In this document: positions 24,209 through 36,658 of the stretch, in pieces
How the letters are laid out: each line of letters begins with the position of its first letter
Numbering within the stretch: the stretch's first letter is position 1
Assembly (NCBI RefSeq): GCF_009914755.1
Contig: NC_060936.1
Reading direction: 5' to 3' (one strand)
Source: the human T2T-CHM13v2.0 reference genome, Homo sapiens
DNA length: 64,000 nucleotides
Made by a program: the position numbers and the translations under genes
The notes under the pieces: generated by a model
The model's input: only the letters and a program-made list of their open reading frames with translations
What the model was told of the DNA's origin: nothing
Databases searched by the model: none

Positions 24209-26029
24209 GAGCCACCTGCAGAGTGGTCTGTGGGTGCAGCATGTTCATGGTGCCCTTGCATGCATCCCTCATGGGCAGAGGACAGGGAGAAGGGGGAGTG
24301 TGCTGATGGTGGGCAGTAGGGGGCTCAGGCTGTGCTGCCACTGAGCCTCCTGGGGTCTCCCCTCCCTGCTGGCTCAGGAGATTTGAGGAAAACCCCTGTG
24401 GCAGGCTGACATAGGGACAGTGAATCGGGGTCCCTCTGAGTGGGGCCTGGAGATACGAGCGGCAACTCCCCATGCCCGCTGCTGGGCCATTCAAGAGCAG
24501 AGTCTCCAAGGCTGGTGATTCCCCTCCAGAAAAGGCCAGCAATGCCCACGCAGCAGGATAATACTGTGAAGATTTGACTGATGTATGTTTGCCTTGGGAT
24601 GTCTCTTTTATTCCCTGACCCTTCCCCACTAGGGTCCTCACTGTTGAGGCTTTAGCTCCCAAGAGGAAGCCCTTCGGCCAAAATAGAGAACAAAGCAATA
24701 AATTACTGCTCTTAGAATGCGTGTGTTTCAAGTACATGCTGCAATGCAGAGACTCTTGGAAAATGTTTTCTAAGCCAGTTTTTTTTTCCTAGTCCTAAAA
24801 TAGGTAGAAATTATTTCTGGGTGGGGGAAGAGAAAAGAATCAGAGAAGAAATAGAGACCCCGGGGAGGGTCTGCGAGAAGAGGCCCTGCACCAAACGCCA
24901 TCTCTCTCTTAGTCCTAAAATGGAAAATGACGCATGACCCCGAGACATCTGGTGACTGAAAGCAAAGAGGACTTGGGTTCATTTCCTACCTGGGAATCTG
25001 TAAGCAGTGACGTCACAGTGGGCCCCACACTGCCAGATGAGGGTACACAGAGAAAATGTGGCTGGTGAGGCTTCAGGGCACAGAGACTCGGGAGAGACTG
25101 GGATCTTATCTCCCAGTACGTGAGCGAGGGAGTGATGCACCCTGGGCCCCAGAGGACCAGGTCAGGCAGTGGAGGGAGGGATGTGGCAGCATGGCTGCTC
25201 TGGGCTAGAGGAGGTGACACCAGGCACGCTGAGTACTGCACAGCCAGATCCTGAATGGGACATGCACGAACAGCAGGTGTTGGCATGAGAGGGGATGGCT
25301 GAGGATCTCACCCTGGCCCCATGAGAACCAGCAACATACAGGCAACAGAGCAGGGAAGGGAGAAAATCCTCAATGGTCTAAAAAGACACTACCACCCCAA
25401 ATTGACGCCGTTCCCCTGGAACTGAGTCTACTCTTTTCTGCCATTAGGCAATGTGTGGGCTGTTGAGAAAGACTATACTCAGTTATAAAGGAACCAGGCG
25501 ATTCTGCACACATGAGTTGATGGCTTGGGAATAGATGCCCACTGCATTTACAAGAGTGCTTTGGGAGAGAAGGTTAAATTCAGTGTTAACAAATGTCAAA
25601 TTTCTTTTAAGACCAAAGAGAAACAAAAAGATTTGTTTTATTAACCAGGAAGTAAGATTGACCCAGGGCCAACAAAACTGATGTGAGTCTGATACCACTC
25701 TGGATTTGGGGTGGTAGGGGTTAGGGTGGACACTCAGGGTGAGCAGACTTCAGGGTGGGCACAAGGACTGCTCAACCAAGTTCTGGGTGCCGCTGGGCTG
25801 AGGAGGAGATAGCAGAAGCAGTAGTCAAATGTAGGAAAGAGGAAGAGAGACAGGGCTGGACTGGGAGAAGAAGCACTGCATTGAGGAAGCCACAGGTGAA
25901 GATCTGATTCTTTCCTCAGCCTCATGACTTGGGAGCACTACCTCCTTACAGTCCAGGGAGGAGGGAGGAAGGCTTCATAGCAAAGGAGGAAAACCCAGCA
26001 GAGTTTCTTCATTAGACTCATAAAAAGTT

Positions 26030-26395
26030 GTTTAATTCATTCATTTGTGCACTGGTTTCTTCATTGCTTCAGGAGAGTTTTGTCTACTACATCACTGACA
26101 CTGTCCATGCACTGTTGACCAAGGGAGATCAAAGTTAATAAGGGCCCTTCTCTCTTAGAAAACAGATGTAAAATGACAAAATGAGTAGCAAAGCAATATA
26201 ATTTTAGATAGTGATAATTGCTACAAAAGAAACCAAAAAGTGAAAAGATAGATAAAAACTTGGGGAGGCCACTTCCATAGGGTCAAAGAAGTTCTCACTG
26301 AAGCAAGTTTTGTGCTGAGAACTCAAAGCTGAGAAGGAATCAGACATGTGGATATATCAGGAAGAACATTCTAGACAGAGGGAAGAGCAAATGCT
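26030..26395 (-). mobile_element. L2 3' region
   Basis: TTCATTCATTT tail...AGATAGTGATAATTGCTA...GGAAGAACATTCTAGACAGAGGGAAGAGCAAATGC. Confidence 0.7.
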
Positions 26396-26529
26396 ACATT
26401 CCATGCAGAGGGAAAAGATTTACTTATCCTTCAACTCTCAAAAAAAGGCCTATTAAAAGAAGAGGCATGCCAATTTCCAGGTATAAATACTATTTATCTC
26501 AATTTGTATTGTCCAGTGTTTATCTTAAT

Positions 26530-26940
26530 TTTGAATTATATATGCTGATGTCCAATTTCCAACCAAAAATTACAAGACACAGAAAAAAGCACAAAAGAGT
26601 TCATTGTCAAGAGACAAAGCAACCAACAAAATTAGACAAATATGTCACAGATGTTGGAACTATAAGTCAGGGAATTTAAAATAATGATGATACTATGTTA
26701 AGGGATCTAATGAAAAATATGAAAAACATACATTAACAGGTCAGGAATTTTACTGAAGAGATGGCAACTGTACTGAATTAAATGCTAATATAAGAGAAAA
26801 TAACATAGTGACAGCAATGCAGATGCCTTCCACAGACTTGTCAGTGAACTTGACACAGCTAAGGAAAGAATAAGTAATCTAGAAGATAGAGCAGTAGACA
26901 TTAAACAAACCCAATTAAAAAGAGAAAAAAGATGTAAAAA
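26530..26940 (+). mobile_element. Old L1M ORF1-region fragment
   Basis: AAAATTACAAGACAC...CAGATGTTGGAACTAT...GACACAGCTAAGGAAAGAATAAGTAATCTAGAAGATAG. Confidence 0.7.
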
Positions 26941-27069
26941 AATCTTTGTTTCAGAGTAGGGCTCAGAAAAATATGAATTAAAGTGAAAAGTTTACAGCTA
27001 TCTTGTTTATACTGTGCTACAGAGATCTGGGAATTGAGCTTGAAAGGACTAGGAATGGAACAGAGAGGA

Positions 27070-27296
27070 AGAGTAGTGAGAGGAAAATGAGCAAGGACTT
27101 CGGGGTCAGCTATGAGGTCTGTGCTGTGGGCCTGAGGCAAGTTACTGAGCCTCTCTGAGTCTCCTTTTCTTTGTCTGTTAAATGGAGATAGTCATAGTAC
27201 ATATCTGACTGGAATGCTGCAGGAATTAACAAACAGACACAATTGTACCTAACACAGTGTTTGACACATAGTATGTGTCTCAGATGTGGGGACTAC
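27070..27296 (+). mobile_element. MIR followed by (GTTTT)n
   Basis: GGCAAGTTACTGAGCCTCTCTGAGTCTC...TGTTAAATGGAGATAGTCATAGTAC...AACACAGTGTTTGACACATAG. Confidence 0.7.
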
Positions 27297-27499
27297 TGTT
27301 TTGTTTTGTTTTGTTTTGTTTTGATTTGTTTTTTTTTCTTTTCAGCAAGGACTCCTCTTGTGTCCCTCCCTTGGTTCCAGTCTGATAAAGCCTGAGTCAT
27401 TTTGGATCTTTATAAATAACCAGGAGCCACTATACAAATGTTCTTGGAGAGCAATGTACCCTGAGGGAACAAATTAGCATAAAGGGAAAAGTTTAGCAA

Positions 27500-27713
27500 T
27501 TATAATAATGACCATAATGACATTCATTGAGTGCTTGCTATGTGCCAGGCTAAACTCTGTGTATTTTCTGACTTATTCCATCTACTTCGTGTGATTTTTC
27601 CTATAATGTAGATGTGAAAACCAAAGCTAAGGGAGACAAAATGACTGCATCAAGGCCACACCCAGTGAGGGTAGAGACAGGACCATACCTGAGCTATCTG
27701 ACTCCAGGCTCTG
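27500..27713 (-). mobile_element. MIR interrupted by LTR9 (resumes at about 28357-28375)
   Basis: CATTCATTGAGTGCTTGCTATGTGCCAGGC...CAAGGCCACAC...TCTGACTCCAG. Confidence 0.7.
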
Positions 27714-27717
27714 CAAT

Positions 27718-28356
27718 GGAAGTGGCGTCATTCGTCTGGGGTAATACCCAAGGTTCGTTGCCTCATGCCAAGGAAATCAAGAACGTGGACACACAAAGAG
27801 TGAGGTTAACAGTGGAGGTTTAATAGGTGAAAGAAAGAGAAAAGCTCTCTGTCCTGCAGAGAGAGAGGGGCTCCCAAGTGGGTCTTCTGGTCCTGTGGTG
27901 AAATGCATGGGGTTTTACAGATAAGCTTGAGGAGGCAGTGTCTGATTTGCATAGGGGGCGAGAGATTGGTCAGACCAGGTGGGCCATTTGCATAACACGT
28001 GAAGAAGCTGGCCGTCCCACCCTAATCTTTTATTATGCAGATGGCATCTCTATCTGGATGGTGGCTTGTTGCCTGCTTCTTTACTGTACACGTGGTTGAC
28101 AAAGAAAAGGGAAGATGGAGCCTCCATGTTGAACATGTCTGGCTCACAGGTAGGCTTTTCGTTTTGGCCCAGCTGCTGGCATTCCCCAGTGCAAGCTTCT
28201 AGCTTGCTTTTCTATGTCTGCAGCTTGATTTTTCAGGCTGCTCTTTGTTAGAAAAGAAATGATTTGGGGGCTGCTTTTTGTTAAAAGGGAAACCTTGCCA
28301 AGGACTCTCTTCTCCTCACTAACTGCCTAAACAATTTCTTTCCAGCACCTGTATCA
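27718..28356 (-). mobile_element. LTR9-family ERV1 solo LTR
   Basis: The minus strand starts TGATACAGGTGCTGGAAAGAAATTGTTTAGGCAGTTAGTGAGGAG and ends CCCCAGACGAATGACGCCACTTC; TSD CAAT at 27714-27717 and 28357-28360. Confidence 0.85.
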
Positions 28357-28440
28357 CAATGCTAACTACAACATGATCATCCCCCTCAGGGAAGTACAAG
28401 GTTATTTAAAAGGACCATCCAGGAAGCCTGAAGTACATAT

Positions 28441-29046
28441 TGTAAACCAAAAATAAAATTCTAAGGCCTCACCAACTATCTGGATGGACTCTTCCTCTCA
28501 GCCAAGGGTATTCCAAAGTTAACCTGAAAACCTAGTTCAGGCCATGATGGGAAGGGGGAGCCAGGCATGCCTCATGATACCCTCCTCCCTTCTGGAACTA
28601 CTGGAACAGACTCAGTGTGATAAAAATAAAAAGAGAAAAAAATATATTTATAGTCCATTCTCTCTAAAGCCTGCTAACTGGAGGCTTCATCTGCACAATA
28701 AAACTTCCCTCTCCACAACCCTTTATCTTAGCCTGGATATTCCTGTCTATCAATGATAACTCTTTCAGCCAATTGCCAATCAGAAAACCTTTGAATCCAC
28801 CCATGACTTGGAAGTCCCCACTTCCAGTTGTCCCACCTTTGTGGACCAAACCAATGTACATCTTATGTGTATTCATTGATGTCTTGTGTCTCCCTAAAAT
28901 ATACAAAAACAAGTTGTGGCCCAACCACCTTAGGCACATTTTCTCAGGATCTCCTGAGGGCTGTGTCACAGGACATTGCTCACTTATATTTGGCTCAGAA
29001 TAAATCTCTTCAAATATTTTACAGAGTTTGGCTCTTTTCATTGACA
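28441..29046 (+). mobile_element. MER4B-like ERV1 solo LTR
   Basis: TGTAAACCAAAAATAAAATTCTAAGG...CTCAGAATAAATCTCTTCAAATATTTTACAGAGTTTGGCTCTTTTCATTGACA; flanks ATAT/ATGT. Confidence 0.88.
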
Positions 29047-29880
29047 ATGTACACAAACAACATGGGAGAACCAAAAATGTGTAAATAATTTTTGACCTAC
29101 AGTAGACTGAAATAGAAGGAAGAGAAAGAAAATGTCCTTCAGTTTTGTTTCCTTTTTCTTTTTTACAACACAAGTGCTGGAAGCCCTTCCATTTTGACAA
29201 AGATAAAGAACACTGTCAAGGTGACATGTCTTTGTATGTCAACCTTTCTTGAAAAAGGAAATTCCAGTCTAGAAAACATAGTTAAAAGAGGGTTAAAAAG
29301 TAAACTGAAGGGGAGGTTGCATTTTGACATTTCTCAAGAAATGAGCTTTGGTGGAGCTGATGCAGCAATAAGGCTGAGGAATACACATAGACAGGGTATG
29401 GATGCCTGTTACCGTTCAGAATCCTCAAAAGTCGTAATTTAAATCCAATGCCTAACAGACGCTGAGTGTATGCAAAACAGGCCTGGAACTCAGAGCCCAG
29501 TGGAAGCTTGCTAAGAACTTGAGAGATGCAGATGAAATCATTTTGCTTTTCATCAGCTCCCATTAGGTTTGTGTCATATAGTGCCCTACACCCTACTTGC
29601 GTGGTGAGAATTTCTCACTGAGGAAGGCAGGACTCCTGCTAGAGGGTGAGCCCTGGGGCACACTGTGGACCTGGGACCCCTCAGCCTCCTGAGAGATGAG
29701 CTGGGGGCTGGGGGTGTCAGCAGAAGCAACCTATTGTTCTCATGGGAAGCTTTGGTGGACCAAGTGCAATCATCAGACCTATCTCCAGGGCTGTCCTTGA
29801 AGCTCATGTGTTCTTGCTGCTTTTCCACTATAAATTCAAACTTTTAAAGCACAGCAATACATTGTGGACACAGAATTCCT

Positions 29881-30157
29881 TTTTTTTTTTTTTTTTTGAG
29901 ACAGAGTCTTCCTCTTGACAGGCTGGAGTGCAATGGCATGATCTTGGCTCACTGAAACCTCCACCTCCCAGGTTCAAGTGATTCTCCTGCCTCAGCCTCC
30001 TGAGTAGCTGGGATTACGGGCACCCACCAACACACCCCCATGCCCAGCTAATTTTTCGTATTTTTAGTAGAGACAGGGTTTCACTATGTTGGCCAGGCTG
30101 GCCAGGCTGATCTTGAACTCCTGACCTAAAGCAATCCACCCGCCTCAGCCTCCCAAG
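29881..30157 (-). mobile_element. AluS, about 35 nt 5'-truncated, with a 9-bp internal duplication (GGCCAGGCT x2)
   Basis: Alu body; TSD AGAATTCCTTT at 29872-29882 and 30158-30168. Confidence 0.92.
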
Positions 30158-30752
30158 AGAATTCCTTTCTTTATAAGTGCCTAGGGCATAACAAGGCACA
30201 TCTTCTGGAGGTGTAACACGGCATAGCCACAGCGGCTCTATGGGCAGAGAACCCTCAGACCCTGCAGCAAAGGACACTGTGCTCTGCCTGGATTCCCTCA
30301 GCACCTGGGTGAGCTACCCACCCTTGGTCTCCCCTCCAGTGGGCCTCACACCAGCGCCCATCCCTGTCTAGGCACAGACCATGTGGGAGGGATGCCCAGA
30401 CATTCCGGCCAGCATCGGTGTTAGGAACAGTCCTGGTGGTCCTCAGTGAGGAGCCCAGAGGGGCAGAAGTTTGTGAGAGAGAAGGAGAAGAGCAGCAGGA
30501 TGGGGCGGCAGGGATGGGGCACTGAGGACCGGGTGAATTCTCAGATCAGCCATTGACACAGCCATGCATCACAGGGCCACGGATGCCTCCGTCCATGCTG
30601 CCATTTCCACTGGCCTTTCCCACAGGGGAGCCCGGGGGCCCGTATGACCGTGAGAAGGGGTTGTGTCTGGTGGGTTGAGCTCAGAGCACGCTGGGGAAGC
30701 TGCACCCTCGTCTTCTTTCACCTGCAGCCAGGACATTTTCTGAGGCCTCTGA

Positions 30753-31323
<571 letters not shown>

Positions 31324-32339
31324 CAGCCCTGAGCCTGGAGATGGGGATTCAGGAGCCCACCTGCTGCTCGGCTCAGAGCTGAGAGGAGAAACAGCCCAGA
31401 GGAACAGCGGCCTCCCCCATCCCAGCTCACGCAGAAATGCATTGGAATGTCAGGAAATTGTGTGTATTTGATGTATTTTACCTGTTGCCTAGAGAGCCCA
31501 CACAGTGATGCAGGTGCCTGTTTACATTGGCTGATTGCCCGGACTTTGGAAATGCAATTATCCCCCACCACCCCCTCAGCCACTTTCTCCAGCGGACTAG
31601 GAGGGGCTGAGTGGTGCAGCCTCTGTGAAATGCTTGGCCCAGGAGAAAGCAATTCCAACGGGGCTGTGACAGCTGAGGGGGACGGTGTGGCTGCGCAGAG
31701 CCCATCAGGGCTTGTTACTGGAAGGAGAGGGAACAAATGCCAGGCAGGCAAAATGACCCAGGACCGGCGACCACAGGCCCCTGTGGCTTCAGCAAATGCA
31801 GCTGCTTCCATTTGGCTGCAGACAGAAGCTGGATGCACGTCTGTGACCAGAAATGGACCTGCCCCTTGGTGTCCATGACAACAGCCCCTCAAAAGCAGCT
31901 CTGAACTAATCCTACCTGGCCCAGGTGTGGCTGCGGTGAGACGTGCGTGGCATGCGGGTGCCCCACGCTGGGACAATCCCTTTGTTGAATCACAGAAGAT
32001 GAATTAAGACAACATGCCTGGAGGTGCCCTGGGGACACAGAGGAATTAAGGATGAAAATCGCCAAAGCCAGGCTGGAGAAATTAATTTCAGTGTGTGAGC
32101 ACACGATCAGGAGGACTCATTAAAGCTGAATGGAAATTAAATCCTGACATTCCAGGAGGGCACTAAAGCACCTAATGAGAAAGAGGGTACACACACAGCC
32201 AGGCAGCACTAACATGAGCTGCAGGTAACCAGGTGCAGGGTGGTGTGGCCTGGGTCCTAGACTGGTGGACAGCTGTGCGGGGCAGCTCCTCCTGGCTGAC
32301 TAAAGTCCCAGCTATGCCCGGTCTGTGCCACCTGTCCTC

Positions 32340-32540
32340 ACTTGTGTCTCACTGCTTAACAAACCACCCAAAAATGCTGTCACTTCAAACAAAATCAATA
32401 ATTTATTATTTCTGACAATTCTGTGGTCAGGATCTCTGGCAGGGCCCAGCCGGGTGGCTCTTCTGCTGTGGCGTTGCCTGGGTTCCCTTCCTCAGTTGCA
32501 TCTTGCTGGTGGCTGGGCTGAGCTGGAAGGTTCTAGAAGG
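32340..32540 (-). mobile_element. MLT1F/G/H-like LTR fragment
   Basis: TAACAAACCACCCAAAA...ATTTATTATTTCTGACAATTCTGTGGTCAGG...GGGCCCAGCCGGGTGGCTCTTCTGCT. Confidence 0.65.
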
Positions 32541-33739
32541 ATTTTATGTGACTGCCAGCATTGTTTTCAGGATGATTAAAAACAGCCCGTCTAATCCATC
32601 ATCAAGACCTCAACAGTTACCATGGAGACCACTTTATTACCAAGAGGAGAATTCAGGGGAAGCATCTGTCAAATGAGCGAAGGCTGTCAGGCGTTGACTT
32701 CTCCTCCATCTGAGAGATGGCTCTGATCCTCAGGGCTGGGCTGTCTCTTCATGAAGTGGGAGCAGCCACAACTTGGTGATGGATCAGGATCACCCCACGC
32801 CTGAACCTGAGGCTTTAATTAAACTTCTCAAATCTCTACCTTGTGCCACCCTCTGCCCTTCACTCTCCTTGGGCTCAGCTGGAAGGAAGGGAGATTTGAG
32901 ACACTGAAAAATACAGCGTTTGATTTGCTAATTCCCAATAAAAGGGAGTCGAGAGAAATTTATGTTCAGGGCTTTAGGAAGTGTGGGTGTTGGCTCCGTC
33001 CTAATGCCTGAAACTCACTGCGCCCCTGAGGGAGCAGCAGGTTTCCTCCTGCGAATGACTGCGATCTCTCAACTAAACTCCACCCAGGAAACCTGTGTTC
33101 ACGTGAGGCAGGCGAGAGAATAATGGCTCAGAGACCCAGCAGAAGCCCCTGCTGACCTTGGGGTGTCCTCTAGCACCTGACAGAGGACACACCTGGAGGA
33201 CCACGTGGCACTGCCGGCCCAGACTTAAAATATGGAATTAATCCCCAATAGGTAAAAAGTGGGAGATTTCCATGAATTCACCAGTTCACACATCATTTAC
33301 CGTACCCTAGCTGAGCTGGGCACTGCTGTGGGTGCTGGGGATAGATGCTCGGGGAACAGAGACCCTGCCTGCGTGCAGACCCCCTTCGTGGGCCCACGTG
33401 CAAGCCGGATCCCTGAACGGATCCAACAGCCTGGGCAGCTGGCACGGGGCTCTCCTTGCTGCAGCATCTGTGGGTGAAGCCGCTGCTCCCCTTGGGACTG
33501 CACCCTCTCTGCGCCACAGTCCCCACCACGCCCTATCGCTCCCACGTTGGGGCTGATGCCACTTGCTGTTTGTCACCAATTGGGTGACGCTTCCTCAGAA
33601 TGGACCAACAGGGAAAGGGAAGAGCTTTTGTTTTGTTTTGTTTTGTTTTTATGCTTACCAAAAATAGGAAAACAGAAGATAGACCATGGGGACTGAGTGT
33701 TTCCAGAACCCCTGGACGAACATTTCCGCACAGTTGTGG

Positions 33740-34075
33740 AAAATTCGTGGTTGAAAGTCCAAACTCTGAGAGCCAGTTGGCCTGGGCTCTCCCTCAGCCT
33801 CATCCTGGCTGGAGGATCGAGCAGCTTCCTGTGTCTCAGACCCTCAGGTTCCTCGTCTGTGAGTGGGGATGAGAACAGCACCTGCCACTTCTGGCTCTTT
33901 TTTAAAAACAATTTTAATAGAGATGGGGCCTCACTATGTTGCCCAGGCTGGTCTCAAACTCCTGGGCTCAAGCAATCCACCCACCTCGGCCTCCCAAAGT
34001 GCTGGGATTACAGGGGTGAGCCACTGCATCCGGCCCCTTTTCTGGCTCTTACGAGGGTTGAGTGAGCCTGTACAC
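33740..34075 (+). mobile_element. MIR split by a FLAM insertion
   Basis: GTGGTTGAAAG...CTCAGGTTCCTCGTCTGTGAGTGGGGATGAGAACAGCACC, resuming as GAGGGTTGAGTGAG after the FLAM. Confidence 0.6.
33900..34035 (-). mobile_element. FLAM_C / free left Alu monomer
   Basis: Single monomer with CTCCTGGGCTCAAGCAATCC; TSD TTCTGGCTCTT at 33889-33899 and 34040-34050. Confidence 0.88.
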
Positions 34076-34189
34076 CTGAAGAATATAATATGCAAATAAA
34101 ACCCCATCCGGCATGCAGGTCACTTCCTGGCCCCTGATGGTGTTTGATTTTTCAACCCCTGTGAATGGGCATCAGACTCAGAGCTTTGG

Positions 34190-34424
34190 GCAGATGAGGC
34201 CTTAGCTAGTTGTGAATAACATCATTTTGCCTTCATTTCACGTTCAAGCCACCTTCTGTTTATGGTAAGGGAGAACGATTTTCTGCTTATGGTAGTGAAA
34301 TGATGTTTCATCTTTAGAGGAATTTAGTGGAGTTGAAAGTGAGATGATTTAAAGAAAAACATGGAATAAGTAATGTGTATGGAACATGGAAGGTAGGAAG
34401 TGAAGACTGGAGTCTGGGAAGCCA
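34190..34424. mobile_element. hAT-Charlie-like DNA transposon remnant (MER112/113-like)
   Basis: CACCTTCTGTTTATGGTAAG...TTATGGTAGTGA...GATTTAAAGAAAAA...GAGTCTGGGAAGC resembles a remembered consensus. Confidence 0.4.
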
Positions 34425-34429
34425 AGAAT

Positions 34430-34555
34430 GAGTCCAATTTCCTCATTTTACAAGTGGGGAAACTGAGGCCCAGAGAAGGGACAGGACTCACCCAGGGCCA
34501 CACAGCGAGGCTAAGGCAGAGGGAAAACCAGAATCCATGTGGCTCCCCCCAGACT
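34430..34555 (-). mobile_element. MIR
   Basis: CCTCATTTTACAAGTGGGGAAACTGAGGCCCAGAGAAGG...CCCAGGGCCACACAGC. Confidence 0.75.
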
Positions 34556-34594
34556 CAGTGTGTGGCTGGTCACTGCTGATGGCTCACCCACCAG

Positions 34595-34764
34595 GGACAG
34601 GAGGAGGAGGAGGAGAAGGGCAAAAAGGAGGAGGAAGAGAATGAGGAGGAGGAGTTGGGGAGGAAGGGGGGGAGGAGGAGGAAGAGAGGAGGAGAAGGAA
34701 CTGAAGGAAGAAGAGGAAGAGGAGGAGGAGGGAAGTAGGAGGAAGAGGAGGAAGGGAGCAGGAG
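34595..34764. repeat. (GGA/GAA)n homopurine tract
   Basis: Directly visible. Confidence 0.9.
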
Positions 34765-34984
34765 GTATCTGTGGGCTCTCATTGCCCAGTTTCGTCCTCT
34801 GTGGGGAAGGCCGGTGGGAGCCTTTCACGGCTCATTGGTCTCTGCGCTGCCTGGCGGCTTTCACACAATAGCAGGTTTCAGTAGCTGTGGGAGAGCCCCC
34901 ATGGCCCTTGAAGATTAAGGTATTTCCCATCTGGGTCTTTATGGAAGACGTTTTCTGGCCCAACTCTACCCTGTAGTACCCCCC

Positions 34985-36515
34985 AACATCCCCTGGGTCC
35001 CCTCCCCCATGTCCCAGCATCCCCCGCGTCCTCTCCTCTGTGTCCGGGCATCCCCTGCGTCCCCTGCGTCCTCTCCCCTGTGTCCCGGCATCCCCCGCAT
35101 CCTCTGCCCTGTGTCCCGGCATCCCCCGCATCCTCTGCCCTGTGTCCCGGCATCCCCCGCATGTGTCCCCTGCATCACCTCCCCTGTGTCCCGGCATCGT
35201 CTGCCCTGTGTCCCCCGCATCCTCTGCCCTGTGTCCCCCGCATCCTCTCCCCTGTGTCCCGGCATCCCCCGCGTCCTCTCCCCTGTGTCCCAGCATCCCC
35301 CGCGTCCTCTCCCCTGTGTCCCGGCATCCCCCGCGTCCTCTCCCCTGTGTCCCGGCATCCCCCGCGTCCTCTCCCCTGTGTCCCGGCATCCCCCGCGTCC
35401 TCTCCCCTGTGTCCCGGCATCCCCCGCGTCCTCTCCCCTGTGTCCCGGCATCCCCCGCGTCCTCTCCCCTGTGTCCCGGCATCCCCCGCGTCCTCTCCCC
35501 TGTGTCCGGGCATCCCCTGTGTCCCCCGCATCCTCTCCCCTGTGTCCCGGCATCCCCCGCGTCCTCTCCCCTGTGTCCCGGCATCCCCCGCGTCCTCTCC
35601 CCTGTGTCCCGGCATCCCCCGCGTCCTCTCCCCTGTGTCCCGGCATCCCCCGCGTCCTCTCCCCTGTGTCCCGGCATCCCCCGCGTCCTCTCCCCTGTGT
35701 CCCGGCATCCCCCGCGTCCTCTCCCCTGTGTCCCGGCATCCCCCGCGTCCTCTCCCCTGTGTCCCGGCATCCCCCGCGTCCTCTCCCCTGTGTCCCGGCA
35801 TCCCCCGCGTCCTCTCCCCTGTGTCCCGGCATCCCCCGCGTCCTCTCCCCTGTGTCCCGGCATCCCCCGCGTCCTCTCCCCTGTGTCCCGGCATCCCCCG
35901 CGTCCTCTCCCCTGTGTCCCGGCATCCCCCGCGTCCTCTCCCCTGTGTCCCGGCATCCCCCGCGTCCTCTCCCCTGTGTCCCGGCATCCCCCGCGTCCTC
36001 TCCCCTGTGTCCCGGCATCCCCCGCGTCCTCTCCCCTGTGTCCGGGCATCCCCTGTGTCCCCCGCATCCTCTCCCCTGTGTCCCGGCATCCCCCGCGTCC
36101 TCTCCCCTGTGTCCCGGCATCCCCCGCGTCCTCTCCCCTGTGTCCCGGCATCCCCCGCGTCCTCTCCCCTGTGTCCCGGCATCCCCCGCGTCCTCTCCCC
36201 TGTGTCCCGGCATCCCCCGCGTCCTCTCCCCTGTGTCCCGGCATCCCCCGCGTCCTCTCCCCTGTGTCCCGGCATCCCCCGCGTCCTCTCCCCTGTGTCC
36301 CGGCATCCCCCGCGTCCTCTCCCCTGTGTCCCGGCATCCCCCGCGTCCTCTCCCCTGTGTCCCGGCATCCCCCGCGTCCTCTCCCCTGTGTCCCGGCATC
36401 CCCTGTGTCCCCTGCATCCTCTCCCCTGTGTCCCGGCATCCCCCGCATCCTGTCCCCTGTGTCCCTGGCTTTCTCTGTGTCCTCTCCCCTGTGACCCAGC
36501 ATCCCCTGTGTCCTT
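34985..36515. repeat. 31-bp VNTR minisatellite (TCCCCTGTGTCCCGGCATCCCCCGCGTCCTC), roughly 45-50 units
   Basis: Period 31 (e.g. 35341 and 35372); 40-bp variant units near 35039, 35501, 36037 and 36387; degenerate edges. Confidence 0.98.
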
Positions 36516-36658
36516 GCTCCTGGACACCAGCCACCAGGGAAAGGCCACACCAGAGTCAGCTTTCCCCGTCACAGATCAGCTGGCTGGGCTTTTGTGGGTC
36601 TATTCCTGGGCTCCCCGTTTCGTCCCAGTCATCCATTTATCTGTTCTTTCATTGATAC

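Noticed and set aside
24790-24921. 12-bp direct repeat TAGTCCTAAAAT 120 bp apart (possible TSD)
   Set aside because: The enclosed sequence has no poly-A tail or TE features, and about one such match is expected by chance in 64 kb.
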